Source of the DNA: Pseudomonadota bacterium
GTDB lineage: Archaea > Thermoplasmatota > SW-10-69-26 > JACQPN01 > JAJPHT01
DNA length: 64,000 nucleotides
Direction: 5' to 3'
Assembly (NCBI GenBank): GCA_021325135.1
Contig: JAJPHT010000036.1
Location: forward strand, 1 to 64,000
Shown here: one piece after another, positions 39,034 to 47,649 of the stretch
Numbering within the stretch: position 1 is the first letter of the stretch
How the letters are laid out: each line of letters begins with the position of its first letter
Position numbers and translations under genes: made by a program
The notes under the pieces: generated by a model
The model's input: the letters and a program-made list of their open reading frames with translations, nothing else
What the model was told of the DNA's origin: nothing
Databases searched by the model: none

Positions 39034-41420
39034 GCCTCCGAAGGAGCGACGAGGGCGTCTCCGACGTCATCGGCACGATCATCCTCATCGCCATCACGGT
39101 CTCCCTCGTGGGCGTGGCGGTGGGCGGCCTCTACTCCGCCGGCACCGGGCAGAAGACCGCGCTGCCGCGCCTCGACCTCAAGGCCAGCGCGCTGGCCAGC
39201 GGCGCCGCCAACGGCAGCGTCACCCTGACGCACGCCGGCGGCGCGAACTTCAGCCGCGCCGACCTCGACGTGCAGGTGACCTCAGGCGGCGTCCTCTACG
39301 GCCGCGCGCCCTTCCCCAACGCGACCTCGTGGTGGGACGTGGGCGAGGCCGTTCCGTTCAACCTCTCCAAGCCCCTCACGGGCGGCGAGCACCTGGAGAT
39401 TGACGTGATCTCGCGCCCCCTGGGCGCCGTCGTCTCCACGGCCATCGTGGACGTCCCCTCCCTGGGCTCCTCCGCGCCGCCGCTGGGCACCTTCACCGTC
39501 ACCGCGACCGCGCCTTCGGGCCTCTTCCCCGCGGACGTCTCGCCCGGGTCGGTCCTGCGCGTCGCCGCGCACGTCGCGCACCCCGACGGCCGCAAGGCCA
39601 TCGCGTCGGCGTGGGTCGACCTCTCGCCCCTCCACGGCCCCGCCGTGCTGCGGCTGGAGGACGACGGCGCGGGCGCGGACCTCGTCGCGGGCGACATGGA
39701 GTTCGCGGCCTACGTGAGCATCCCTCCCGAGGCCACGCCCTCCGACACGCCCGTCCCGCTGGCCCTCAACGCCCTGGACGTCGACGGCAACCGCGCGCCC
39801 GCGAGCCCCGGAAGCTCGCTGAGCGTGCGCGTCGTCCTCGCGGGCCTCGCGAACACCACCATCAACAACCAGGGCAACGTGACGGTGAACAACCCCACCA
39901 ACGTCACCATCATCCCGGGCGGCGCCGGGACGCCGGGAGCCCCCGGAAGCCCCGGCTCGCCCGGCAGCCCCGGAGCCCCCGGAAGCGGCGGCGCGGGCAA
40001 CGTCACCATCGAGGGCAACGTGTCCAACCTGACCATCGTCTACAACAACAGCACGGAGGTCAACGGCACCGGCGGCCCCGCCGGTCCCCCCGAGCTGCGC
40101 GAGCCAAGCCCCTTCGCGCCCGTCTCGGGGACCGCCAACACGCTCGTCGACGTCTTCGGCCGGAACTTCAGCTTCGTGAACTCGGTGCGCCTCGTGGGCG
40201 GCCCCGGCGCTCCGCTGGGCGTCGTCTGGTGGATCATCGACGACACGCACCTGCAGCTCATCGCGCCGGTGACGGCCGTGGCCGGCGACTATCAGGTCGC
40301 CGTGACGGACCCCATCGGCTCCGACACGAGCGTCGAGTCGTTCCACCTGGACCTGCCGGTGAACCAGCCCGGCTCGCCGCCCACCATCACCAGCATGACG
40401 CCGGCGCACGGCTTCGCCGGCACGGAGGTCACGCTGCGCGGGACGAACCTCGCGTTCCTCTCCAGCGTGCGCCTCTCCGGCGGATCGTTCGTGTTCCCCA
40501 CGGCGTTCTTCACGGTGGGCTCCGGCGGCACGGAGACGCACTTCTTCGTGCCCGACGGCGCGCCGCCCACGAGCTACACCGTGACCGCCAGCAGCGCGGG
40601 CGGCTCCGCCACGGCGCCGGGCCTCTTCACCATCGACCCGCCGCCCCCCACGAACAAGCTCAGCATCACCGGCTTCACGCCGACCCAGGGCGTGCCCTTC
40701 ACGCAGATCAACCTCACGGGCACGGGCTTCCTGGGCGTCGTCGCCGCGAACGTGGGCGGCGCCAACGTCGCCATGTGGGTCGTGAACGACACGGCGATGT
40801 CGGTCCTCACGCACCCAGCGGTCCCCGTGCAGCGCTTCAACCACATCACGCTGTTCAACGCGACGGGAAGCGTCGACGTGTGCTGCTTCAACGAGCTGGA
40901 GAACCCCAACGCGCACGAGTACGCCGTCTACCCCACGGGCTACTTCGACCGCATGGCGATCAACGTCACCAAGTCGGGCAGCACCGTCTCGGCGACGCTG
41001 AAGTTCAACCTCACGAACTACTCGTTCGTGGCCGGCGGCTCGACGTACACGCTGACCTCCGTCACCATGGAGTCGCCCGCGTTCAAGCCCGGCACGCAGA
41101 TCACCGACACCGTCGACGCGATCAGCGGCACGGTCCCGGCGAGCCGCGTCTCGCCCACGCCGTGCGGGCCCTCGGGCCCCCAGCGCAACGGCACGTACGT
41201 CATCACGTTCTCGCAGTCGCCCAAGAAGTACGACGGGAGCATCGACACGTACCCGTTCCTGTTCATCTTCGAGTGGACGTCGGCGACGAACAACTTCGAC
41301 GTCACCGTCGGATCGAGCGTGAACGCCCAATACTTCTCGCTCGGCCCCCAGAGCACGTCCAAGATCATCATGGATGGTCCCAACTATGACTGGCCCACGA
41401 CGTTCAACAACTGCAGCTAG
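39030..41420 (+). CDS. Large pilin/adhesin with collagen-like and IPT/TIG repeats
   Basis: Class III signal DEG/VSDVIGTIILIAITV; LEDDGAGADLVAGD Ca-binding-like motif; (GxP)n tract; PTITSMTP and ITGFTP TIG starts. Confidence 0.85.
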   Translation: MSLRRSDEGVSDVIGTIILIAITVSLVGVAVGGLYSAGTGQKTALPRLDLKASALASGAANGSVTLTHAGGANFSRADLDVQVTSGGVLYGRAPFPNATSWWDVGEAVPFNLSKPLTGGEHLEIDVISRPLGAVVSTAIVDVPSLGSSAPPLGTFTVTATAPSGLFPADVSPGSVLRVAAHVAHPDGRKAIASAWVDLSPLHGPAVLRLEDDGAGADLVAGDMEFAAYVSIPPEATPSDTPVPLALNALDVDGNRAPASPGSSLSVRVVLAGLANTTINNQGNVTVNNPTNVTIIPGGAGTPGAPGSPGSPGSPGAPGSGGAGNVTIEGNVSNLTIVYNNSTEVNGTGGPAGPPELREPSPFAPVSGTANTLVDVFGRNFSFVNSVRLVGGPGAPLGVVWWIIDDTHLQLIAPVTAVAGDYQVAVTDPIGSDTSVESFHLDLPVNQPGSPPTITSMTPAHGFAGTEVTLRGTNLAFLSSVRLSGGSFVFPTAFFTVGSGGTETHFFVPDGAPPTSYTVTASSAGGSATAPGLFTIDPPPPTNKLSITGFTPTQGVPFTQINLTGTGFLGVVAANVGGANVAMWVVNDTAMSVLTHPAVPVQRFNHITLFNATGSVDVCCFNELENPNAHEYAVYPTGYFDRMAINVTKSGSTVSATLKFNLTNYSFVAGGSTYTLTSVTMESPAFKPGTQITDTVDAISGTVPASRVSPTPCGPSGPQRNGTYVITFSQSPKKYDGSIDTYPFLFIFEWTSATNNFDVTVGSSVNAQYFSLGPQSTSKIIMDGPNYDWPTTFNNCS

Positions 41421-42321
41421 ACTCCGTGACGACGACCGCGCCGTTGCGGGCGTCGTCGGCTTCGTCCTCGTGCTCGCGGTGCTCGTGACGTACTTCGCGT
41501 ACGTCGCGCGCTCCGACGTGCCCCGCTGGGGCGCGGACGCCGAGCGCGCCTGGGACGGGAACGTGGGCGACTCGCTGGCGCGCCTCGACCGCACGGCCGC
41601 GGCCTCGCTGGGCACCGACGCCTCGACGACCGGCTCGCTGCCCGCGCCTCCGCAGCCGCGCGCGTTCGACATCCCCCTCGTCGCGCGCACGCAGGCCGCG
41701 CCGCCCACGGGCGCGCTGGCCTTCGAGCCCAACTGCGGGAACCTGACCGCGACGCACGTCGCCAACGGCGTCGTCGTCCCCGACGTCACCGACGGCGCGC
41801 ACGGCTGCCTCGTCTTCCGCGAGCAGGGCACCTACGCGGCCTCGTACGGCTACCGCTCCGAGTTCGGCGGCCTGCTGCGCGTCGAGCGCGACCGCGCCTT
41901 CGTCGTCGCGGGCCCTCCGCTGGAGCTTGGCAACGAGAGCGGGCGCTACCTCGTGGGCGTCACGTTCCTGGAGCTTCGCGGCGCGGCCAGCTCGGGCGCG
42001 GTGGGCGCCTCGGGCCTCACCGTGGACCTCGTCCCGGGCCCCGCCCTCGCGGAGACGGGCCAGACCGTCAACGCGGCCTCCGCCAACTGGACCTTCCAGA
42101 CGCTCTACCCCCAGGCGTGGAAGGCGTGGTTCGACGGCCAGCTCTCGCAGGCCGGCTTCGACCCCGCGCTCAACTACGCCTGCCTCCAGGGGGACGCGCG
42201 CTGCCCCGGCCTCCAGCCCAACGAGATCCGCGTCGTCCTGGGCGGCCCCGACCCCTCGCCCGCCACCAGCGACCTCGCGCTCTCCATCTCGTATGGCCGC
42301 TACGACGCGACGCTGAAGTGA
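41386..42321 (+). CDS. Minor pilin-like protein
   Basis: DDRA/VAGVVGFVLVLAVL class III signal; TLYPQAWKAWF. Confidence 0.8.
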   Translation: MTGPRRSTTAARLRDDDRAVAGVVGFVLVLAVLVTYFAYVARSDVPRWGADAERAWDGNVGDSLARLDRTAAASLGTDASTTGSLPAPPQPRAFDIPLVARTQAAPPTGALAFEPNCGNLTATHVANGVVVPDVTDGAHGCLVFREQGTYAASYGYRSEFGGLLRVERDRAFVVAGPPLELGNESGRYLVGVTFLELRGAASSGAVGASGLTVDLVPGPALAETGQTVNAASANWTFQTLYPQAWKAWFDGQLSQAGFDPALNYACLQGDARCPGLQPNEIRVVLGGPDPSPATSDLALSISYGRYDATLK

Positions 42322-42419
42322 GCCGGACGCGGGGCTCCGGCCGGCCCGCGGCGTTACGAAGGCGCCTCCCGCGCCCCGCGACGCCGCGGGGCCACCTTTT
42401 TTTTAAAACCCCAAATTCA

Positions 42420-42448
42420 CATCTTATCTCCACTGTGGAGACAAGATG
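42420..42448. promoter_or_regulatory. 29-bp palindrome just downstream of a TATA-like T8-AAAA tract (candidate operator)
   Basis: catcttatctccac-t-gtggagacaagatg (1 mismatch). Confidence 0.6.
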
Positions 42449-42544
42449 ACAAATCGCCCCGCTTCCTGCGAAGTGTTATCTTTTCGTTAGGCCTTGCGGC
42501 GCCGGTGGCGGCTTGTCCGCCCCCCGGTGAACGGTGAAACCTTC

Positions 42545-43312
42545 ATGGCCCGCAACCTCCTCCCTCGCACCGTGGCTGCCCTCCTGGTCCTCTCCGCCCT
42601 GGGCGGCCTTGCCCTGCCCGCCAGGGCGGCGCTCGTCTATTCAGACTGCGTCTCCTACCTTGGCCAGGCCATGGCGCCCCCCGGAGGCGCCGCGGGCGCC
42701 GCGCCCCCTCGCGGCCCGGCCTGCCTGGACGGGAACGAGGTCGGGGACCCGGCGGCGCGCGGATCGCCACCCGGCGAATACCTCGACCTCGCGACGGGCA
42801 TCGTCTATCGCCAGGCGGGCCCCCAGTACGTCCCCGTCGGCTTGGGGGTCCCCCAAGGAGGATACGTCGAGCTCACCGCCGAGTCCTGGGCGGGCAACTC
42901 GTACTGCAGCAGCACGAACCCCCTCATGTGCCCCGACCCCATCGTCACGCAGACCCCGTGCGACGCCCAGCTGTGCGAGTCCCTCCACGTGGCCGTGACG
43001 GGGTGCCACGACGTCCAGGTCCAGCTCGATTTCGGGCCTTTGGGCTCGGCCGCGACCGGAGAGCGGTACGAGACGCACGACTATCCTCCTCAGGGGTGCG
43101 TGGCGGACGCCGACGTGTATCTCCCGGCCATGGAGCGCGGCCCGCTGGTCCCTGGAGCCGGCTTCTTCGGCCCGGTGACCCTGATCACCGACGCGTTCAA
43201 CGACGTGCCAAGCTGCTGGCTGAGCGGCACCCACATCCTGCCCCAATCCGTGACCAGCACGGTCCTCGTCGGAGGCCGGGCGTTCCCGCCCATCGTGAAC
43301 AGGATCTGCTGA
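42545..43312 (+). CDS. Secreted Cys-containing hypothetical protein
   Basis: Signal peptide ending ALPARA; several Cys residues. Confidence 0.7.
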   Translation: MARNLLPRTVAALLVLSALGGLALPARAALVYSDCVSYLGQAMAPPGGAAGAAPPRGPACLDGNEVGDPAARGSPPGEYLDLATGIVYRQAGPQYVPVGLGVPQGGYVELTAESWAGNSYCSSTNPLMCPDPIVTQTPCDAQLCESLHVAVTGCHDVQVQLDFGPLGSAATGERYETHDYPPQGCVADADVYLPAMERGPLVPGAGFFGPVTLITDAFNDVPSCWLSGTHILPQSVTSTVLVGGRAFPPIVNRIC

Positions 43313-43325
43313 AGGAGGCCTCCCT

Positions 43326-43928
43326 TTGCGTTCCCTTTCGATCTTCCTTGCCCTCGCGTTCGTCTGGCCCCTGGCGCATGCTGGAGACGCGAACGACCCC
43401 GAGATCCGCGACGGGAGCCGGGACGTCGATCCCGACTTCGTCTCCATCGCGCTGGGCGCTCCCGAGATCGACCTCCTTGCCGTGTGGTTTGACGCGAACG
43501 ACACGACGGTCGCGTTCCACTGGCAGGTCGTGGATGCCTCCCACAGGCTCTTCGCCGATGAGGGGAGGAGCTTCGCGCTGACGTTCCGCTGCGGCTCGGA
43601 CGAGGCGGCGGCCATCGTCACGCTCCTCCCCGCCTTCACGTACCAGGGGGAATCCTATCCCCCCGAGTCGACCGCCAGCGTGACCGTCTATCACCCCGAC
43701 AATGGCACCACGGAGGGCGAAGACAGCGCCGCCTGGGAAACCGGCAACGTGGCGCACGCAGAGGCCCCCCGAAGCCTGTTCCGCTGCGTGAGCTTCACAC
43801 AGGAGATCGCCACGACGAACCTCCTGATCCACGAGGGGAACGGCCAGTGGGGCGGCCCCAGCGGGTCGGGATGGTTCCGCGACATCGCCCCCGACCAGGG
43901 GTACGGCCGCGACTTCGCGCTGGGGTGA
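43326..43928 (+). CDS. Secreted hypothetical protein
   Basis: TTG start with GGAGG RBS; signal peptide; DPEIRD, DLLAVWF, DIAPDQGYGRDF. Confidence 0.7.
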   Translation: MRSLSIFLALAFVWPLAHAGDANDPEIRDGSRDVDPDFVSIALGAPEIDLLAVWFDANDTTVAFHWQVVDASHRLFADEGRSFALTFRCGSDEAAAIVTLLPAFTYQGESYPPESTASVTVYHPDNGTTEGEDSAAWETGNVAHAEAPRSLFRCVSFTQEIATTNLLIHEGNGQWGGPSGSGWFRDIAPDQGYGRDFALG

Positions 43929-43932
43929 GGCC

Positions 43933-44607
43933 TCACACCACGCTGTTCTCCATGGAGATGGTGTAGCCCAGGCCCGGCTCCAGCGCGACCTCGAAGAGGG
44001 GGACGTGGTCGCCGCCCAGGACGGGGGCGAGGCCGCGCAGCTTGGAGATGACGAGGATGCGGCGGCGCGCGGGGCCGCCGTCCTGCCAGGAGAAGCGCAG
44101 CACGCCGTCGGCGCCCTCCGCCAGGTGGGCCTCGACGGGGGCGGGGAGCGTGCCGGGGGCGTGGAGGAGGAGGAGCACGACGCCCTGCGCGTGGGCGGCG
44201 TCGGCCAATTCGTGCCAGAGGGGCATGACGCTCCAGCCGTCGCCGGGCTTGGCCAGCGAGTCGGCGGACTCCACCACGAGCACGTCGCCCTTCTGGAGGC
44301 CGGCGAGGAGCTCGGCCACGTCGTCGGGCGCGATGGCGGAGCGCAGGACGCGGACCTCGATCTTGGCCTCGGCGCCGTCCTCGAAGAGGGCGGCCACCTC
44401 GGCGCGGACGCGGGCCGCGGAGCGCAGGGCCGAGGCGAACATGGCCTTGTGGCCCTCCTTGGCCAGGGATGCGGCGTGCAGCAGGGTGAGGGCGAACTCG
44501 GTGGCGCCGGCGCCCTCCTCCCCGCTGACGAGGAGCGAGGTCCCGGGGGTGATCCCCCCGGCCAGCGCCGCATCCAGGACGCGGCTTCCGGTCTGCACTC
44601 GTTCCAT
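43933..44607 (-). CDS. KaiC/RAD55-like RecA-fold protein with degenerate Walker motifs
   Basis: VQTGSRVLDAALAGGI..LLVSGEEGAGAT (no Lys); LVVES; ADGVLRF; ISKLRG. Confidence 0.85.
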   Translation of the reverse strand: MERVQTGSRVLDAALAGGITPGTSLLVSGEEGAGATEFALTLLHAASLAKEGHKAMFASALRSAARVRAEVAALFEDGAEAKIEVRVLRSAIAPDDVAELLAGLQKGDVLVVESADSLAKPGDGWSVMPLWHELADAAHAQGVVLLLLHAPGTLPAPVEAHLAEGADGVLRFSWQDGGPARRRILVISKLRGLAPVLGGDHVPLFEVALEPGLGYTISMENSVV

Positions 44608-44631
44608 GGGGTGGAGCAGGCCGTCCCGCGG

Positions 44632-45516
44632 CTATAGAGCCCTGCCCGCGTCGGCCGTGCGAACACGCGGCCCGTCCGGGGCGGGCGCGGGGCGCTCCCC
44701 GGGGGCCCCAGGGTAGCGGGCGGCGTTGGCCCAGCACTGCTCGAAGAAGACCCGCTCCGCCTCCAGGAGGCCCGGGGCGCTGGTGTGGAGCGCCACGTCG
44801 TCGGGCGCGTAGAGCGACCGGCTGGGGTCCTCCACGACGGAGAGGACGATCTCCTTGCCGTCCACGATGAGGAAGTGCACCGCGCGGTCCGTGGGCAGGT
44901 GGCGCACCTCCAGCCCCGGGCGGGCAGGCAGGAGCCCGGCGCGCAGGAGAGTCTCCTCCGGGACGTTGAGGAGGAAGCGCATCTCGGGGCGCTCCTCGCC
45001 GGGGGCCAGGATGGCGTCCAGCGTGCCGTCGAACTCCGCGATGGCGATGGCGTGGGGCGAGGTGGTGAGGGCCAGCACCTCGTGGCGCGCGCCGGCGATG
45101 AGCTTGCGGCGCGCGGCGCTGATCTCCTGGCGCCCCTGGAGGATGCGGTAGACCGTCTTCTGGGGGCCCTGCGCGTCGCACTGGAGCGCCTTCACGAGGT
45201 CGGTGGTGCGCTGGCGGGAGGACTTGAGCGCCTCCAGCGCCGCGAGGCGCGCCTCGATCTCCAGGTCCAGCACCTTGAGGGGGTCCGCGGCGGTGTAGCG
45301 CGCGGGGCTCTCCAGCGTCGTCTCCACGAGGCCGCGCGCGCCCAGGCGCTCCAGGCTGCGGTACACGTCGTTGCGGTGGACCTCCAGCGCCTCGGCCAGG
45401 TCGCTGACCTTCCAGGGGCCCGCGACGCAGAGCTTCACGTACACGGCCGCGTCGCCCGCGCTGACGTTGAGCGTCTCGCGGACGTGGTCGACGGCGTCAT
45501 TGAGCCGGAGCGCCAT
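44632..45516 (-). CDS. TrmB-family transcriptional regulator
   Basis: AVYVKLCVAGP..HRNDVYR..GARGLV..PARY; FLIVDG. Confidence 0.88.
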   Translation of the reverse strand: MALRLNDAVDHVRETLNVSAGDAAVYVKLCVAGPWKVSDLAEALEVHRNDVYRSLERLGARGLVETTLESPARYTAADPLKVLDLEIEARLAALEALKSSRQRTTDLVKALQCDAQGPQKTVYRILQGRQEISAARRKLIAGARHEVLALTTSPHAIAIAEFDGTLDAILAPGEERPEMRFLLNVPEETLLRAGLLPARPGLEVRHLPTDRAVHFLIVDGKEIVLSVVEDPSRSLYAPDDVALHTSAPGLLEAERVFFEQCWANAARYPGAPGERPAPAPDGPRVRTADAGRAL

Positions 45517-46417
45517 GTGTCTCGAACCCGCCCAGAGGGACCGGCTCCCGGGGAATAACCGTGTCGCGAGTCCGGGCCCGGCCTGCCGACAGGAGGGGGT
45601 CTGCGCGGGGGGTGCCCACGGGGCGGGCAGCGGCCCAGCTCTGCTCGAAGAAGACCTTCTGGGCGTAGAGGAAGCCCGGCGCGGTCGTGTGGATGGCCAC
45701 CTCGTCCTCGGCGTTGAGGCTGGGGTTGGGGTCGTTGACGACGAACATGAGCAGCTCGCGGTCGTCCACCATGACGAAGCGCACGAGGCCGGGCGCGTCG
45801 AACTCGCGCATCTCGGCGTCGGGCGCGTCCACCAGCTCCCCCGCCGCGGCGTGGAGGGCCGGCGAGGGGGGCAGGAGCGCGCGGAAGCGCAGGCCCGCCA
45901 TGGCGCGGCGGCGCACCAGGGCCCACTCGCCCGACTCCTCCCAGAGCTTCAGCGCGAGGCCGTAGGTGGAGACCCAGTCGACGCTGCGCTGCGCGCCGCT
46001 GATCATGAGCTGGCGGACGTGGTAGATCTCGCGCCTCCCACGGAGGACCTTGTACGTGCTCTGCGTCGCGGGGCGCCCTCCGCCCATGGCCCCCACGAGG
46101 GCCTCGATCTCGACGCGCGTGCGGCGCAGCGTCTCGATGGCCTTCAGGCGCGCCTCCAGCGTCTCGTCGAAGACCTGCGCGAGGTCCACCGCGGCGTAGC
46201 GCGCGGGGTGGTCGTCCGTCATGCGGACCAGGCCGCGGGCGCCCAGGCGCTCGGCGGTGCGGTAGACCTCGTTGCGGTGGATCTTCAGCGCCTCGGAGAC
46301 GTCGCTCGCCTTGGAGGGGCCGGCCATGCAGAGATGGAAGTAGAGCGCGGCTTCCTCCGGGGCGATCCCCAAGTGCTGGCGAAGCTCGGCGAGGACCGTC
46401 TCCGACTGGGCGGGCAT
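45497..46417 (-). CDS. TrmB-family transcriptional regulator
   Basis: ALYFHLCMAGP..HRNEVYR..GARGLV..PARY; FVMVDD. Confidence 0.88.
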   Translation of the reverse strand: MPAQSETVLAELRQHLGIAPEEAALYFHLCMAGPSKASDVSEALKIHRNEVYRTAERLGARGLVRMTDDHPARYAAVDLAQVFDETLEARLKAIETLRRTRVEIEALVGAMGGGRPATQSTYKVLRGRREIYHVRQLMISGAQRSVDWVSTYGLALKLWEESGEWALVRRRAMAGLRFRALLPPSPALHAAAGELVDAPDAEMREFDAPGLVRFVMVDDRELLMFVVNDPNPSLNAEDEVAIHTTAPGFLYAQKVFFEQSWAAARPVGTPRADPLLSAGRARTRDTVIPREPVPLGGFETHGAPAQ

Positions 46418-46671
46418 GGGGGCACGCTCGCACCAGGGGGACCATAACATGGCGCAGGCTCCGATTCCCCACCTTCCGAAAGGGACACAACCCCGGGAGC
46501 GGGCGCACGTCTGCCCGGCTGGGACGTGCGCCCCTTCTTCCCTCCCCCGAGGCCATGGCTCCTCCACGGTGGAAGCGTGGACTCCAACGACACGGGCGTG
46601 AATCTCGACAAGCGCAGCCCATCCCGGGCCCTCCACGCTTCCACCTCGCTCTCCACCGCGGGGGCGCTCCC

Positions 46672-47199
46672 GTGACGGAAAACCGCAAGCGGAGGGGGTC
46701 CCCCGGCCACGAGCACGAGGACGCCGTGCAGGCCGCCCGCGAAGAACTCAACCGCGCCATGCGCGCCATGTTCGCCCGCTGGGGCGAGGGCCGCATCGCG
46801 CTCCCCGCCGACCGAGCCCGGGCCAAGGAGGCCGTCGAGGAGGCCGAGAACGCCTTCGAGGCGGCGCGCAAGCGGCTCGATGCGCTGCTGGCGGGCGGCG
46901 AGCCGCACCTGGACGTCGCCGCGCTGCGCGCCGCCGTGGAGCGGCTCGCCCGCGCCCTGGAAGCCGGGCAGGCCGACCCCGAGACGCTGACGCGGGGGCC
47001 CTCCGTGTTCGGCGCCCTGCGCGAGCCCGTGCCGGGGCTCACCGATGCGCACTGGCGCCACGAGCGCGCCGCCCTGGACGTCGACGTGTGGGTCCTCGCG
47101 GATGCGCGCGCTGGCGTCGTCGCCCGGATCACCCACAGCCGCGAGCGCCCAGGGTGGAAGGCCTCGGTGCTCAACGAGTCGACCGGCGAGCTGGACTGA
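46672..47199 (+). CDS. Hypothetical protein (coiled N-terminus)
   Basis: GTG start; host-like codon usage. Confidence 0.55.
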   Translation: MTENRKRRGSPGHEHEDAVQAAREELNRAMRAMFARWGEGRIALPADRARAKEAVEEAENAFEAARKRLDALLAGGEPHLDVAALRAAVERLARALEAGQADPETLTRGPSVFGALREPVPGLTDAHWRHERAALDVDVWVLADARAGVVARITHSRERPGWKASVLNESTGELD

Positions 47200-47201
47200 G
47201 G

Positions 47202-47534
47202 CTACGGGTCGAAGAGCTGCACGCGCCACTGCGTGGGCTTGGGAGCCCCCAGCCGCAGCGTGGCCAGCACGCGCCCATCCAGGTCGCGCAGCGCCCAGGA
47301 GCCCTCGCGCCGGCCCACGGAGACGCGCTCCCAGCGCGCGGCCTCGAACCCCTCGATGGGCCTCCCGCTGGGGTCCTCCACCCGGTGGTCCGTGAAGAGG
47401 GCGTCCGCCGTGGCCGCGTCCACGTGGGCCGCATTGAGGGCGTCGGCAAGGCGGACCAGGGAGCCGCGGAGGCGGGCAGCGGCAGGGGGTGGGACGGGCG
47501 CCACGACGCTCCCCACGCCATTCGAAGCCGTCAA
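47202..47534 (-). CDS. Hypothetical protein
   Basis: Convergent with the previous gene; start uncertain. Confidence 0.45.
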   Translation of the reverse strand: MTASNGVGSVVAPVPPPAAARLRGSLVRLADALNAAHVDAATADALFTDHRVEDPSGRPIEGFEAARWERVSVGRREGSWALRDLDGRVLATLRLGAPKPTQWRVQLFDP

Positions 47535-47649
47535 CCTGGCGCCCCTGCCACAATGGACCTGCGGCGAACGGTTGTCCTAGGTCCGCAGGGGGTCAGTTGC
47601 ACATCTTGACAACATGGGCTATATCCCCCTTCCACGTCGGAACGGGGCG

